Assembly: GCA_964387145.1 (NCBI GenBank)
Contig: CAYLVM010000001.1
Location: forward strand, 52,549-116,548
Direction: 5' to 3'
From: an uncultured Acidimicrobiaceae bacterium
GTDB taxonomy: Bacteria; Actinomycetota; Acidimicrobiia; Spongiisociales; UBA5794
Length of the DNA stretch: 64,000 bases
In this document: positions 55,884 to 64,000 of the stretch, piece after piece
How positions within the stretch are numbered: position 1 is the first letter of the stretch
Layout of the letters: every line of letters starts with the position of its first letter
Notes under the pieces: model-generated
Seen by the model: the letters and a program-made list of their open reading frames with translations, nothing else
Told to the model about the DNA's origin: nothing
The model's database searches: none
Position numbers and translations under genes: made by a program

Positions 55884-58589
55884 TCAATCCGCCTCTTGGA
55901 AGGCACCGCGCACGGTGGCGGCATCGAGTGTCGAGTCCCCCCGCCTGCGGTGCCACCGGTCCCAGAGCACCAGCATCGAGGGAAGCACCATCACCGCTGC
56001 AACCAACGCCAGGAGGATGGTGTACGCGATCACGAACCCGAACTGCCTGAACGGGATCGTCGTTGACACCATGAGGATGCCGAAGCCTGCAATCGTCGTG
56101 ATCGCCGATCCCGCGAGTGCCCCTCCGGTGTGGATGAGGGTGTGGTCGATCGCGTCGTTCTCATCCTCCCACTCGAGACGTTCCTCGAGATACCGATGTG
56201 TCACATGGATCATGTACGGAATGCCGATGCCGATGCCGATCGCCGAGATGGTGGCGGTGACCGGGCCGAACGGGATGCCGAACGCGGCCATGAGTCCGAA
56301 CACCCATATGACGACGATCGCAACCGGGAGGGTCGTGATGAGTCCGAGCATTGGGCGGCGGGACTCGAACCAGAAGTTGATCATGAGCAACAGAAGGGCT
56401 GCGCCCATCGTCAGGAGGAGAGACGACACCTGTGAGTCACGCAGCGTGTTGACGACGAGCGCGCTGATGATCGCGCTCGAGGTGGCAACAGCACCGAGGC
56501 CAGCAGCCCTGGCAGGCTCGAAGGCCTCGTTGAGGCCCTTGGCAAGCTCCGCCGCTCCTGTGTCGCCTGCGGTTGTGTCGAAGTTGAAGAGTGCTGCGTC
56601 GTAGCCACCGTCCGTGGATGCAAGCACTGCAGCGATCTCGAGGGGGTACTTCTCGAACGCAGCGTCGTACAGCGGTGTGAGGTCGGCCGACGCAGGGAAG
56701 GCTCCTCCAAGCCCGAACCCGAGCCCGATCGCCGTGGCAAAGAGCTCTTGGTCGAGCATCTCCGATTCCGGGTTGAGATAGCGCAGCATGACCGATGTGA
56801 AGGAGTTCCCCGTCGCGAAGATCCCTTGGTCGGTCTCAACCGTCTGGAGCGAAGGGACCTCGACACTGTCCGAGTAGGAGGACAGCATGGCGTTCCAGGC
56901 CTCCCCCGTGGCAACCTCTCCTGTGACAAGTACCGATGTCGTCTCAGGGAAGTCGAATCGCTCCGTGAGCGTGATGGCAGTATCACGCAGCGGAGAAGTC
57001 GTCGGTACGAAGTCGAGGAAGGAGAACTGAGTCGACAACCCGGTCATCCCGTAGGCACCGAGTCCTGTGAGAAGGAGGGAGACGATCACGGTCGCGACCG
57101 CCATCTTCCTCGGCAGGATCGATGTTCGTCCGATGAGGTTCGGTAGGATCCTGGCTTCTCCCGCTTCCATCCCCTCGGTCTCGAGCCGGTCGTTTCGCTC
57201 CGCTCGACGGTCGAGGACTTCGCGCACAGCCGGCACGAACGTGAGCATCAGCAGGAAGGACACGCTGATGCCGACCGCAGCGAGCTCACCGAACTCTGCA
57301 AGGGCGGGAATGTCGTTCGTGATGTTCGTCAGGAATCCGACGGCTGCCGTGAGTGTGGCGAGCACGAGGGCGATACCGACGGTGCGGATCGCGGTCGAGA
57401 TCGATTCGTCGACGGACCGGCCGGAAACGAGCTCCTGGCGGTAACGGGTGTTCATATGGATGGCGTAGTCGACACCGAGGCCGATGAGCAGGATGGGAAG
57501 GATCTGGACCATCTGGGACTGGCTCTCGAACCGGAGATATCCATACCCGTTCATCCACTGTATGGCGAACCCGATGGTCAGCATCGTGACCAACGTATCG
57601 GAGGTCGTTCTTCGAAGCTTCCCGCTGCCGACCGCCCAGAGGATGAATGCGGCAAGGTAGAACAGAGCCGCGGTCAACAGGATGGGCCCGAGATCGGCGT
57701 CCGCCCACGACTGCGGGAAGACGCCGGGGATCACCAGTGCCAGGCTCGGCGCGAGAGCGATACTCAACCCTGCCAGCATCAGCACGATGCCGGCGATGTA
57801 GAGCGCCCGATCTTTCACCGCGGATGGCTTGACGAGGAAGATGATCGCGAGGACGAGGAAGATGATCAGTCCTGCCGATGCGAAGAGCCGCAGGATCTCG
57901 GTCTGGAAGTCGTCGCCTGCAGCGAAGATCAGTTCGAGGCTGAACGCCTCGTTCGTGATGGTGCTCGGTGTCGGCGCCGACACGATGGCGTCCGAGATGC
58001 TCCCGGCTGCCACAGCAGCTTCATCGAAGTTGTCGCTCGACTCGTACGAGACCGCACTCAAGCCGAGTTCGGCGGTCGCCGCTTCGAGGTCGGCGTCGTC
58101 GGACACGAGCGCTGTGAGGAAGGATGTGAACTCGGCCGGCATCATCGACAGACCGGCCGTGTAGAGGGCTTTGACTTCGGCGTCCGATGTCGGCATCGGT
58201 GCGCCACCTTCGATGGCGAACTGAACCGGTGCCATGAAGGTGACGATGGCTGGTGACTGTGGAAGGTCGATGAGGATGTCGCCGGCGTCGCTGCCGCGTA
58301 TCGACTCCTCGAGCGCGATCACCGCTTGTAACCCATCGAGCGTGATGACGTCCCCCGTGGTGCTCGAGGTCAGCACCTGTATCCGTGACACCGCGCCGAA
58401 CGTCTGGGCTATCTCAGATCCCGCTGCGAGTTCGGGAGCATCGGGGGCGAACGACTCGTTCTGGTCGGCAGATGGCAGATACTTGCCAGCGAAGGAACCG
58501 AGGATGACGGTGATGACGATCGTCAAAGCGATCACCACCCATGGAGCCCGTCTCACTGCGGCCGCGAGGGCGTTGACGAGTGTCTTCAT
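55884..58589 (-). CDS. MMPL/RND-superfamily membrane transporter
   Basis: 901 aa with two 6-TM bundles separated by large soluble loops, the typical MmpL/RND topology. Confidence 0.85.
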   Translation of the reverse strand: MKTLVNALAAAVRRAPWVVIALTIVITVILGSFAGKYLPSADQNESFAPDAPELAAGSEIAQTFGAVSRIQVLTSSTTGDVITLDGLQAVIALEESIRGSDAGDILIDLPQSPAIVTFMAPVQFAIEGGAPMPTSDAEVKALYTAGLSMMPAEFTSFLTALVSDDADLEAATAELGLSAVSYESSDNFDEAAVAAGSISDAIVSAPTPSTITNEAFSLELIFAAGDDFQTEILRLFASAGLIIFLVLAIIFLVKPSAVKDRALYIAGIVLMLAGLSIALAPSLALVIPGVFPQSWADADLGPILLTAALFYLAAFILWAVGSGKLRRTTSDTLVTMLTIGFAIQWMNGYGYLRFESQSQMVQILPILLIGLGVDYAIHMNTRYRQELVSGRSVDESISTAIRTVGIALVLATLTAAVGFLTNITNDIPALAEFGELAAVGISVSFLLMLTFVPAVREVLDRRAERNDRLETEGMEAGEARILPNLIGRTSILPRKMAVATVIVSLLLTGLGAYGMTGLSTQFSFLDFVPTTSPLRDTAITLTERFDFPETTSVLVTGEVATGEAWNAMLSSYSDSVEVPSLQTVETDQGIFATGNSFTSVMLRYLNPESEMLDQELFATAIGLGFGLGGAFPASADLTPLYDAAFEKYPLEIAAVLASTDGGYDAALFNFDTTAGDTGAAELAKGLNEAFEPARAAGLGAVATSSAIISALVVNTLRDSQVSSLLLTMGAALLLLMINFWFESRRPMLGLITTLPVAIVVIWVFGLMAAFGIPFGPVTATISAIGIGIGIPYMIHVTHRYLEERLEWEDENDAIDHTLIHTGGALAGSAITTIAGFGILMVSTTIPFRQFGFVIAYTILLALVAAVMVLPSMLVLWDRWHRRRGDSTLDAATVRGAFQEAD

Positions 58590-58675
58590 GATCTTCCTCC
58601 AAGTGCGTCAACGGCCGGAACAGGCCTTGCGTCGGGCAGACTACCGGTGTGCTGATGCCATCGATGCCGGTCGTA

Positions 58676-60622
58676 TCACCGCGGAGGCCGCGCCATGTCG
58701 GCGAGTGTCTCGACAGCATCGCCCAGCGCGATCCCCCTCTGTTCGTGTTCCTCACCGCGGAGGCGAAGCCCCACGGTACCGGCATCGACGTCCTTGTCCC
58801 CGACAACGATCACAGCCGGGTGCTTCTGGGTGATCGCTCTGCGAATCTTCTCTCCGACCGTTTCGTCGGCACCATCCACATGTACCCGAACGCCACGGTC
58901 GATGAGCGCAGTCCCGACGGAATCGGCGTAGTCCTGATGCCGGTCGGCGACAGGTATGACGGTCGCCTGTACGGGAGCCAGCCACATGGGGAACGCACCG
59001 GCGTAGTGCTCGACGAGGATGCCGACAAACCGTTCGATCGAACCGAGGAGCGCCCGGTGGATCATGACGGGCCGTCTTCTCGTGTTCTCACTCGTGGCGT
59101 ACTCGAGATCGAAGTTCTCCGGCTGGGCGAAGTCGACCTGGATCGTGCTGAGCTGCCACCGCCTGCCGATCGCATCCTTGATGTGGATATCGATCTTGGG
59201 GCCGTAGAACGCCCCCTCCCCTGGTGCGAGTTGATACGGGAGATCTGCGGCTTCGAGTGAGGACGCGAGATACTGCTCCGCCTTCTTCCACAGATCCACG
59301 TCTCCAACGTACTTCTCTGGACGTGTGGAGAGGTCTGCTTCGAACTCATCGAACCCGAAGTCGCGCAGCACCATCAGCACGAAGTCGAGGAGATTCTTGA
59401 GTTCATCTGCGAGATCCTCTTCCGTGGTAAAGATGTGACTGTCGTCCTGGGTGAAACCACGAGCACGCATCAAGCCGTGCAGTACGCCGCTTCGCTCGTA
59501 GCGGTACACGGTCCCAAGTTCGAAGAGCCGCAGGGGAAGCTCGCGGTACGAGCGGCTCCTCGACCGATAGATGAGGATGTGGAACGGACAGTTCATGGGC
59601 TTGACGAAGTACTCCTGGCCGGGCTTGCCCTCTCCCCCATCGAGTTCCATCACCGGGTACATGCCGTCGCGGTAGTAGTCGAGGTGGCCTGAGGTCTCCC
59701 ACAGGTCGGCTTTGGCAACGTGCGGAGTCACGACATACTCGTAGCCATGGTTGCGGTGCGTACGACGCGAGTAGTCCTCGATCTCTCGGCGCAGTATGCC
59801 TCCGAGAGGATGCCAGACGGCGAGACCGCTTCCGAGCTCGGGAGGGAACGAGAAGAGATCCAGCTCGTTGCCGAGCTTGCGGTGATCGCGCAGCGCCGCC
59901 TGCTCGAGCTGGAGCATGTAGGCGTCGAGCGCCTTCTTCGACTCCCAGGCGGTGCCGTAGATGCGCTGGAGTTGTGGCTTGTTCTCGTCGCCGCGCCAGT
60001 AGGCACCGGCGGACCGCATCAGGCGGAACGCCTTGAGTCTGCCGGTCGAGGGAAGGTGTGGACCCCTGCAGAGGTCGAGGAACTCGGCGTTCCTGTATGT
60101 GCTGACGTGGTCGCTGTCGACGCCCTCTCCGGCATCGACACCCTGGATGATCTCGTACTTGAACGGATGCTCTGCGAACACCGACAGTGCGTCCGCAATG
60201 GGCAACTCGCCACGCTCGAACTGCTGATCGGCGGCGACGATCTCGGCCATCTTCTCTTCGATGCGCGCGAGATCCTCCGGTGTGAAGGGGCGCTCGACCT
60301 GGAAGTCGTAGTAGAACCCGTCCTGGATCGCAGGACCGATGGCGTAGGTCGCGCCCGGAAACAGGTCGAGGACCGCCTGAGCCATGATGTGTGCTGCCGA
60401 GTGGCGGATCACGTGGCGTCCTGCCTCCGTGTTCTCGGTGACGATCGAAACGGCGGCGTCGTGGTCGATCGAACGGTGCAAGTCATACATCGCGCTGTCG
60501 ACGGTGACGGCAACTGCAGCTTTGGCAAGTCTTGGTCCGATGTCCGATGCGATCTCGAACCCGGTGACACCGTCGTGGTACTCCCTCTGCGACCCGTCGG
60601 GGAGTGTGATGCGTATCGACAC
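58676..60622 (-). CDS. thrS: Threonine--tRNA ligase
   Basis: TGS domain VSIRITLPDGSQREY..., class II core ...FHILIYRSRSRSYRELP... and the anticodon-binding domain. The GTG start at 60622 follows AAGGCAGGA; the track ORF is extended to 61471. Confidence 0.95.
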   Translation of the reverse strand: MSIRITLPDGSQREYHDGVTGFEIASDIGPRLAKAAVAVTVDSAMYDLHRSIDHDAAVSIVTENTEAGRHVIRHSAAHIMAQAVLDLFPGATYAIGPAIQDGFYYDFQVERPFTPEDLARIEEKMAEIVAADQQFERGELPIADALSVFAEHPFKYEIIQGVDAGEGVDSDHVSTYRNAEFLDLCRGPHLPSTGRLKAFRLMRSAGAYWRGDENKPQLQRIYGTAWESKKALDAYMLQLEQAALRDHRKLGNELDLFSFPPELGSGLAVWHPLGGILRREIEDYSRRTHRNHGYEYVVTPHVAKADLWETSGHLDYYRDGMYPVMELDGGEGKPGQEYFVKPMNCPFHILIYRSRSRSYRELPLRLFELGTVYRYERSGVLHGLMRARGFTQDDSHIFTTEEDLADELKNLLDFVLMVLRDFGFDEFEADLSTRPEKYVGDVDLWKKAEQYLASSLEAADLPYQLAPGEGAFYGPKIDIHIKDAIGRRWQLSTIQVDFAQPENFDLEYATSENTRRRPVMIHRALLGSIERFVGILVEHYAGAFPMWLAPVQATVIPVADRHQDYADSVGTALIDRGVRVHVDGADETVGEKIRRAITQKHPAVIVVGDKDVDAGTVGLRLRGEEHEQRGIALGDAVETLADMARPPR

Positions 60623-60727
60623 GGTTCCTGCCTTCTGTGCTTGCGGAAGGACAAGGGTACCCACAGCGCGCTCTCGTCTGTCCCCCGAATATGTCACAAT
60701 GCAGGTTGCGACGTATGGGGGCCAGAC

Positions 60728-61582
60728 GTGCAACCGAAGATTCTTGCCGAGAAGATGGCTACGGGGGGAACCATCCAAGAGTTGACGGCGTCTACTCCCC
60801 TGATCAGCGCCAACCAGGTATTCCGCATATGGAGGCCAGAGCGCAGCGTCGTGCTCAAGGTGTACGGGTCCGATGCGCGTCGCCGGAGAGAGGGCCACGC
60901 CCTCGATGCCCTCGCAGACGTTGATCGTCTTCCCAGGGTGATCGACAAAGGCTCCGAGGCAACCCTCTCGTGGATCCTGTTCGAGGACGCGGGGAAGTGG
61001 AACCTCCAGAGCCTTCCTGAGAACCCCGGCCTCGCCCGCAGCGCCGGGTCGATCCTCGCGGAGATCCACGCTTTGGACGCCTCCACGTTCTCGAATCTCG
61101 CCCGTGGTATCGATCAGGAGTGGATCGCTGTGGACTTCTCTGCAACGCTCCGTCGACTCGACCGCTATCGAGGCCGCGTCGGTGTGCCGGCAGACATCAT
61201 CAGGACCGCCCTCGACGTGAAACCGCCATACGCGTCGGAGCCTACGATCGCCCACACAGACCCAACAACGAGGAACTTCATCGTCGATGACGACGGGACC
61301 GTCACCCTGATCGACTGGGAGTGGGCAACGCTCGCTCCTCCCGAATGGGATGTGTCCCGTACGGCGTGGTCGATAGGAATGCACGCCGGGCCGACTGCTG
61401 CGGCTGCGGTCTTTGCCGGGTACGGTCGTACGATCGGCGACATCCAACTGGACCGTTGGATCGTCTATCACGCGGCGCAGACCCTCGTACGGATCGCCGA
61501 GAGGAACTTGTCCTCAGGACCCGCAGGTGTTCCCCCGGTTCTCGTCGACGAGTTCAACAGGGCCGTTCTCGGAGCGAGTTGA
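60728..61582 (+). CDS. Aminoglycoside phosphotransferase (APH)-family / phosphotransferase-enzyme-family protein kinase-like protein
   Basis: ...IAHTDPTTRNFIVDDDGTVTLIDWEWA... has the Brenner-motif HxDxxxxN plus the DxE/W signature. The start is GTG at 60728, or alternatively ATG at 60755. The upstream part of the track ORF 59720.. is antisense to thrS. Confidence 0.75.
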   Translation: MQPKILAEKMATGGTIQELTASTPLISANQVFRIWRPERSVVLKVYGSDARRRREGHALDALADVDRLPRVIDKGSEATLSWILFEDAGKWNLQSLPENPGLARSAGSILAEIHALDASTFSNLARGIDQEWIAVDFSATLRRLDRYRGRVGVPADIIRTALDVKPPYASEPTIAHTDPTTRNFIVDDDGTVTLIDWEWATLAPPEWDVSRTAWSIGMHAGPTAAAAVFAGYGRTIGDIQLDRWIVYHAAQTLVRIAERNLSSGPAGVPPVLVDEFNRAVLGAS

Positions 61583-61642
61583 CCGGAAATACCGCAGTTT
61601 TTCGCGCTCTGACCCTACATTGCAGCATCCGACGAAGGGACC

Positions 61643-61846
61643 GTGATGCTGGAGATGGCACTCGTTGCGCTGTTCGTTACCGTTGCCCTGCTTGCACTGG
61701 GGGGAAGACGGACCATCGCTGAGAACCGGGCCGGTTTCCAATTCGCTGCACTCGAGGATTCGAGCGACCTTCCATGCCCGTGGTGTCAGGCCGCAACACG
61801 AGAGTCTGACAGAAACTGCCCAACGTGTGGTCAGCGCTTCGGCTGA
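61643..61846 (+). CDS. Small membrane-anchored zinc-ribbon protein (67 aa)
   Basis: An N-terminal transmembrane helix MALVALFVTVALLALGG is followed by CPWC...CPTC. It lies immediately downstream of the APH-like gene. Confidence 0.5.
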   Translation: MMLEMALVALFVTVALLALGGRRTIAENRAGFQFAALEDSSDLPCPWCQAATRESDRNCPTCGQRFG

Positions 61847-61847
61847 G

Positions 61848-62693
61848 TCAACGCTGCTCGAACTCTCGGATCGTACGCTCTGTCTGCATCCCCACCGACC
61901 GATAGAGGCTGATGGCACGTTCGTTGGACCCATCGACCCACAACACGCATCGCTGCACACTGTCTTTCCCGGTGAGATGAGCCAATCCTGCCAGAAGCAG
62001 AACCCTCCCTGCACCGGTTCCGCTGTGATCGGGCACGACGCCGATCCGGTAGATCTCGCCATCACCGTTGTCGTGTATGCGGGTCCAGCAGAACCCGATG
62101 ATCCTCTCCGGGTCGGAGAGCAAGAAGATGCCTTCGGGGTCGAACCAGGGTTCCTTCATCATCCGGGCGACATCATCCTCACCGAGAGATGCCGCTTCCC
62201 GGTGATCGGCGAACGCCCGACGGTTGGCTGCTACGAGCCCTGCGATGTCCGCTTCGGTGAAGGTGCGGAGCCTCTGCAGCAATTCATCGTCTCGGGAGCC
62301 GGATGTGGGACGATCGACCGCCATGAACAGGAGGGACCTCGCCTCGATCCACCCCATCGATTCGACCGCGCGGTCGAGGGACGGACGGTTCGACCAGATC
62401 GACAGCGCCGAGCGGTCGGGTACGAGTGCCATTGCGGAGTCCAGGACAGCAGCCTCGAACTCGTGGAACCGCATCGATGGTTCCACGGCAGTCTCGATCG
62501 CGAAGCGGACCGTTCCATCGGTCTGTCGGTGGCGGGCGCATGCAGCGACCGCTACGACGCGGTCCTGCTCGGCGATCACGACCGACGTATCGGGTTCACC
62601 GAGCGCTGCGAGCTTGGCATCGCTCAAGGGTGCATGTCCGTCCTGCTCACTGAGCGTCGTGAGGAACGTGTCTATGGCTGGGTCTCGATGCAT
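61848..62693 (-). CDS. GNAT-family N-acetyltransferase, mycothiol synthase MshD-like (tandem GNAT domains)
   Basis: The C-terminal GNAT motif reads IGVVPDHSGTGAGRVLLLAGL and the N-terminal half is a degenerate GNAT, a two-domain architecture like MshD. Confidence 0.6.
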   Translation of the reverse strand: MHRDPAIDTFLTTLSEQDGHAPLSDAKLAALGEPDTSVVIAEQDRVVAVAACARHRQTDGTVRFAIETAVEPSMRFHEFEAAVLDSAMALVPDRSALSIWSNRPSLDRAVESMGWIEARSLLFMAVDRPTSGSRDDELLQRLRTFTEADIAGLVAANRRAFADHREAASLGEDDVARMMKEPWFDPEGIFLLSDPERIIGFCWTRIHDNGDGEIYRIGVVPDHSGTGAGRVLLLAGLAHLTGKDSVQRCVLWVDGSNERAISLYRSVGMQTERTIREFEQR

Positions 62694-62716
62694 GTCATCA
62701 CCTTAGGAACCAGACG

Positions 62717-63736
62717 GTGGTGGGCGGTGCCTCCGACAGGTCTGGGCAAGGCGATATCCTCGTGGGTGTGAGCACGGTAGGACTCGTACTAGGTGGTGGC
62801 GGTATCACCGGCGCGGCGTTCCACTTCGGGACGCTGCTCGCCATCGAGATGGCGACCGGATGGAATCCGAACGATGCCGACGTCATCGTCGGCACGTCTT
62901 CGGGTGCCTTCGTTGCTGCGATGATCCGTGCCGATGCTCTCCATCTCGATACGTTCGCAGGTACCGGGGAGACTCAGGAGGAGATCCACGAGTGGCTCGA
63001 CGGGTACCTCTACCGCAGAGGGGCGCCACGGGGCGCGGTTCGTTGGATCAAGAAGGGCCTTCTCCCGGCGCTTCGCAAGCCGAACCTGTATGTGACGCTC
63101 GGAAGTCCCGGTCTGTACCGCACCGACGGGCTGATCGACTGGGTGAAAGACATGGCAGGTGATCTCGCGACTTCGTGGCCGGACAAGCCGACCGTCATCG
63201 TCGCGTACGACCTCGAGGCGAGACAGCGAATGCCCTTTGGAACGGAGATCGCACCCGACGTCGGCCTTGCCGAGGCCGTCGCCGGCTCGAGTGCCGTTCC
63301 CTTCGTGTACGAACCGGTCCTGATCGACGGCCGTTGGTACGCCGATGGTGGCCTCGCGTCGGGAACGTCGGCCGACCTGCTCCTTGCCAACGAGGAACCA
63401 CTCGACCTGGTTCTCGTCGTTGCACCGCTCGCAGCGACGACACCCCGCAAGCACGGCAGCTTCTTCGAAGACGTCTTCGACCGCGCCGGTCGGACGGCTC
63501 TTGCATCAGAGCTCGCGAAGATTCGCGACGCGTGGCCAGACACCGAGATCCTTGTTCTGCGACCAGACGAACGTGTTCTCGACATCGCCAGACCCAATCC
63601 CATGTCCGTCGGAGCTGCGATCCCTGCGTTCCTCACCACGTTGCGTTCGATGCGGTACGAACTCGCGCACCCGTCGGTCTGGAAAGTGCTGGAGCGTCAT
63701 CTGATGCCCTCTCCCCTTCTCAGCGACACGGGATGA
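62717..63736 (+). CDS. Patatin-like phospholipase
   Basis: GLVLGGGGITGAA (oxyanion hole), GTSSGAFVAA (GxSxG) and ADGGL (DGG). The start may instead be GTG at 62762 or 62768. Confidence 0.85.
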   Translation: MVGGASDRSGQGDILVGVSTVGLVLGGGGITGAAFHFGTLLAIEMATGWNPNDADVIVGTSSGAFVAAMIRADALHLDTFAGTGETQEEIHEWLDGYLYRRGAPRGAVRWIKKGLLPALRKPNLYVTLGSPGLYRTDGLIDWVKDMAGDLATSWPDKPTVIVAYDLEARQRMPFGTEIAPDVGLAEAVAGSSAVPFVYEPVLIDGRWYADGGLASGTSADLLLANEEPLDLVLVVAPLAATTPRKHGSFFEDVFDRAGRTALASELAKIRDAWPDTEILVLRPDERVLDIARPNPMSVGAAIPAFLTTLRSMRYELAHPSVWKVLERHLMPSPLLSDTG

Positions 63737-63766
63737 ACGTGCCGGCGTCGAGTTAGAGTGCCCGCC

Positions 63767-64000
63767 ATGACTCAACACGATGGACCGGACAACCTAACCG
63801 AGTACACCGACCCGTCTGGCATGTTCGGTGCAAGCGATCGGATCGAATTGATCGCCACGATCGCTCTTGCGATCGCAACGGTCCTGACGGCGTGGTCCGC
63901 GTTTCAAGCAGGTAAGTGGGGCGGCACACAGGCCATCAACTTCTCGGAGGCCGGCGCAGCACGTACCGAGTCGACGCGGGCAGATACCCGGGGCGGGCAG
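63767..64000 (+). CDS. Hypothetical membrane protein, 5' part only (the ORF runs off the window edge)
   Basis: ATG 63767 begins MTQHDGPDNLTEYTDPSGMFGASDRIELIATIALAIATVLTAWSAFQAGKW with no stop before 64000. Confidence 0.4.
   Translation, partial: MTQHDGPDNLTEYTDPSGMFGASDRIELIATIALAIATVLTAWSAFQAGKWGGTQAINFSEAGAARTESTRADTRGGQ

Noticed and set aside
59720-60727. N-terminal ~335 aa of the 620-aa plus-strand ORF
   Set aside because: This part is antisense to thrS. Only the C-terminal APH-like part from about 60728 has homology and lies outside thrS.
60623-60727. T-box leaders upstream of thrS, and likewise of alaS, hisS and aspS
   Set aside because: The leaders are 105 nt or less, or overlap the upstream gene. 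There is no specifier-loop or T-box consensus (AATTAGGGTGGNACCGCG).

Overview
This window comes from a high-GC actinobacterial chromosome: mycothiol (MshD-like), PIM lipid genes (pgsA1, acyltransferase, pimA) and MihF are present, and gene order matches the Mycobacterium Rv1379-Rv1416 and Rv2533c-Rv2612c regions. It is gene-dense, and nearly all genes are housekeeping genes on the minus strand in long co-directional clusters with overlapping start and stop codons.

Gene clusters, in order along the window:
- trmH-like (truncated at the left edge) - rplT - rpmI - infC
- Riboflavin operon ribD-ribE-ribBA-ribH, preceded by an FMN riboswitch
- A roughly 17-kb co-directional cluster: pyrR (with a PyrR-binding transcription attenuator), pyrB, pyrC, carA, carB, pyrD, pyrF, mihF, gmk, rpoZ, coaBC, priA, def, fmt, rsmB, rpe and a REC-GGDEF response regulator
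- nusB - efp - aroB - aroK - aroC - a prepilin peptidase - aroE - mltG - ruvX - alaS - rarA - aspS - hisS - an MBL hydrolase - rel - secF - secD - yajC - tgt - queA - ruvB - ruvA - ruvC - yebC - pdxT - pdxS - pimA - a PIM acyltransferase - pgsA1
- gltA (plus strand) and an MMPL transporter followed by thrS
- The plus-strand exceptions are a PPK2, a SAM-dependent methyltransferase, an APH-like kinase with a small zinc-ribbon membrane protein, and a patatin-like lipase. A likely mshD-like GNAT gene is on the minus strand.
- No rRNA, tRNA or CRISPR was found.

The most unusual content is non-coding:
- A family of three related structured intergenic elements, E1 (1991-2134), E2 (23940-24070) and E3 (5624-5846). 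E1 and E2 share about 130 nt with compensatory helix changes. E3 is an inverted, diverged copy bounded by perfect 15-bp terminal inverted repeats, carries TGGTAYT heptamer arrays, and sits directly upstream of the ribD FMN riboswitch.
- Two copies of a 42-nt palindromic hairpin element with covarying arms, at 630-671 and 49137-49178.
- PriA has degenerate Walker A and DEAH motifs.
- The REC-GGDEF regulator carries a GGDDF motif.
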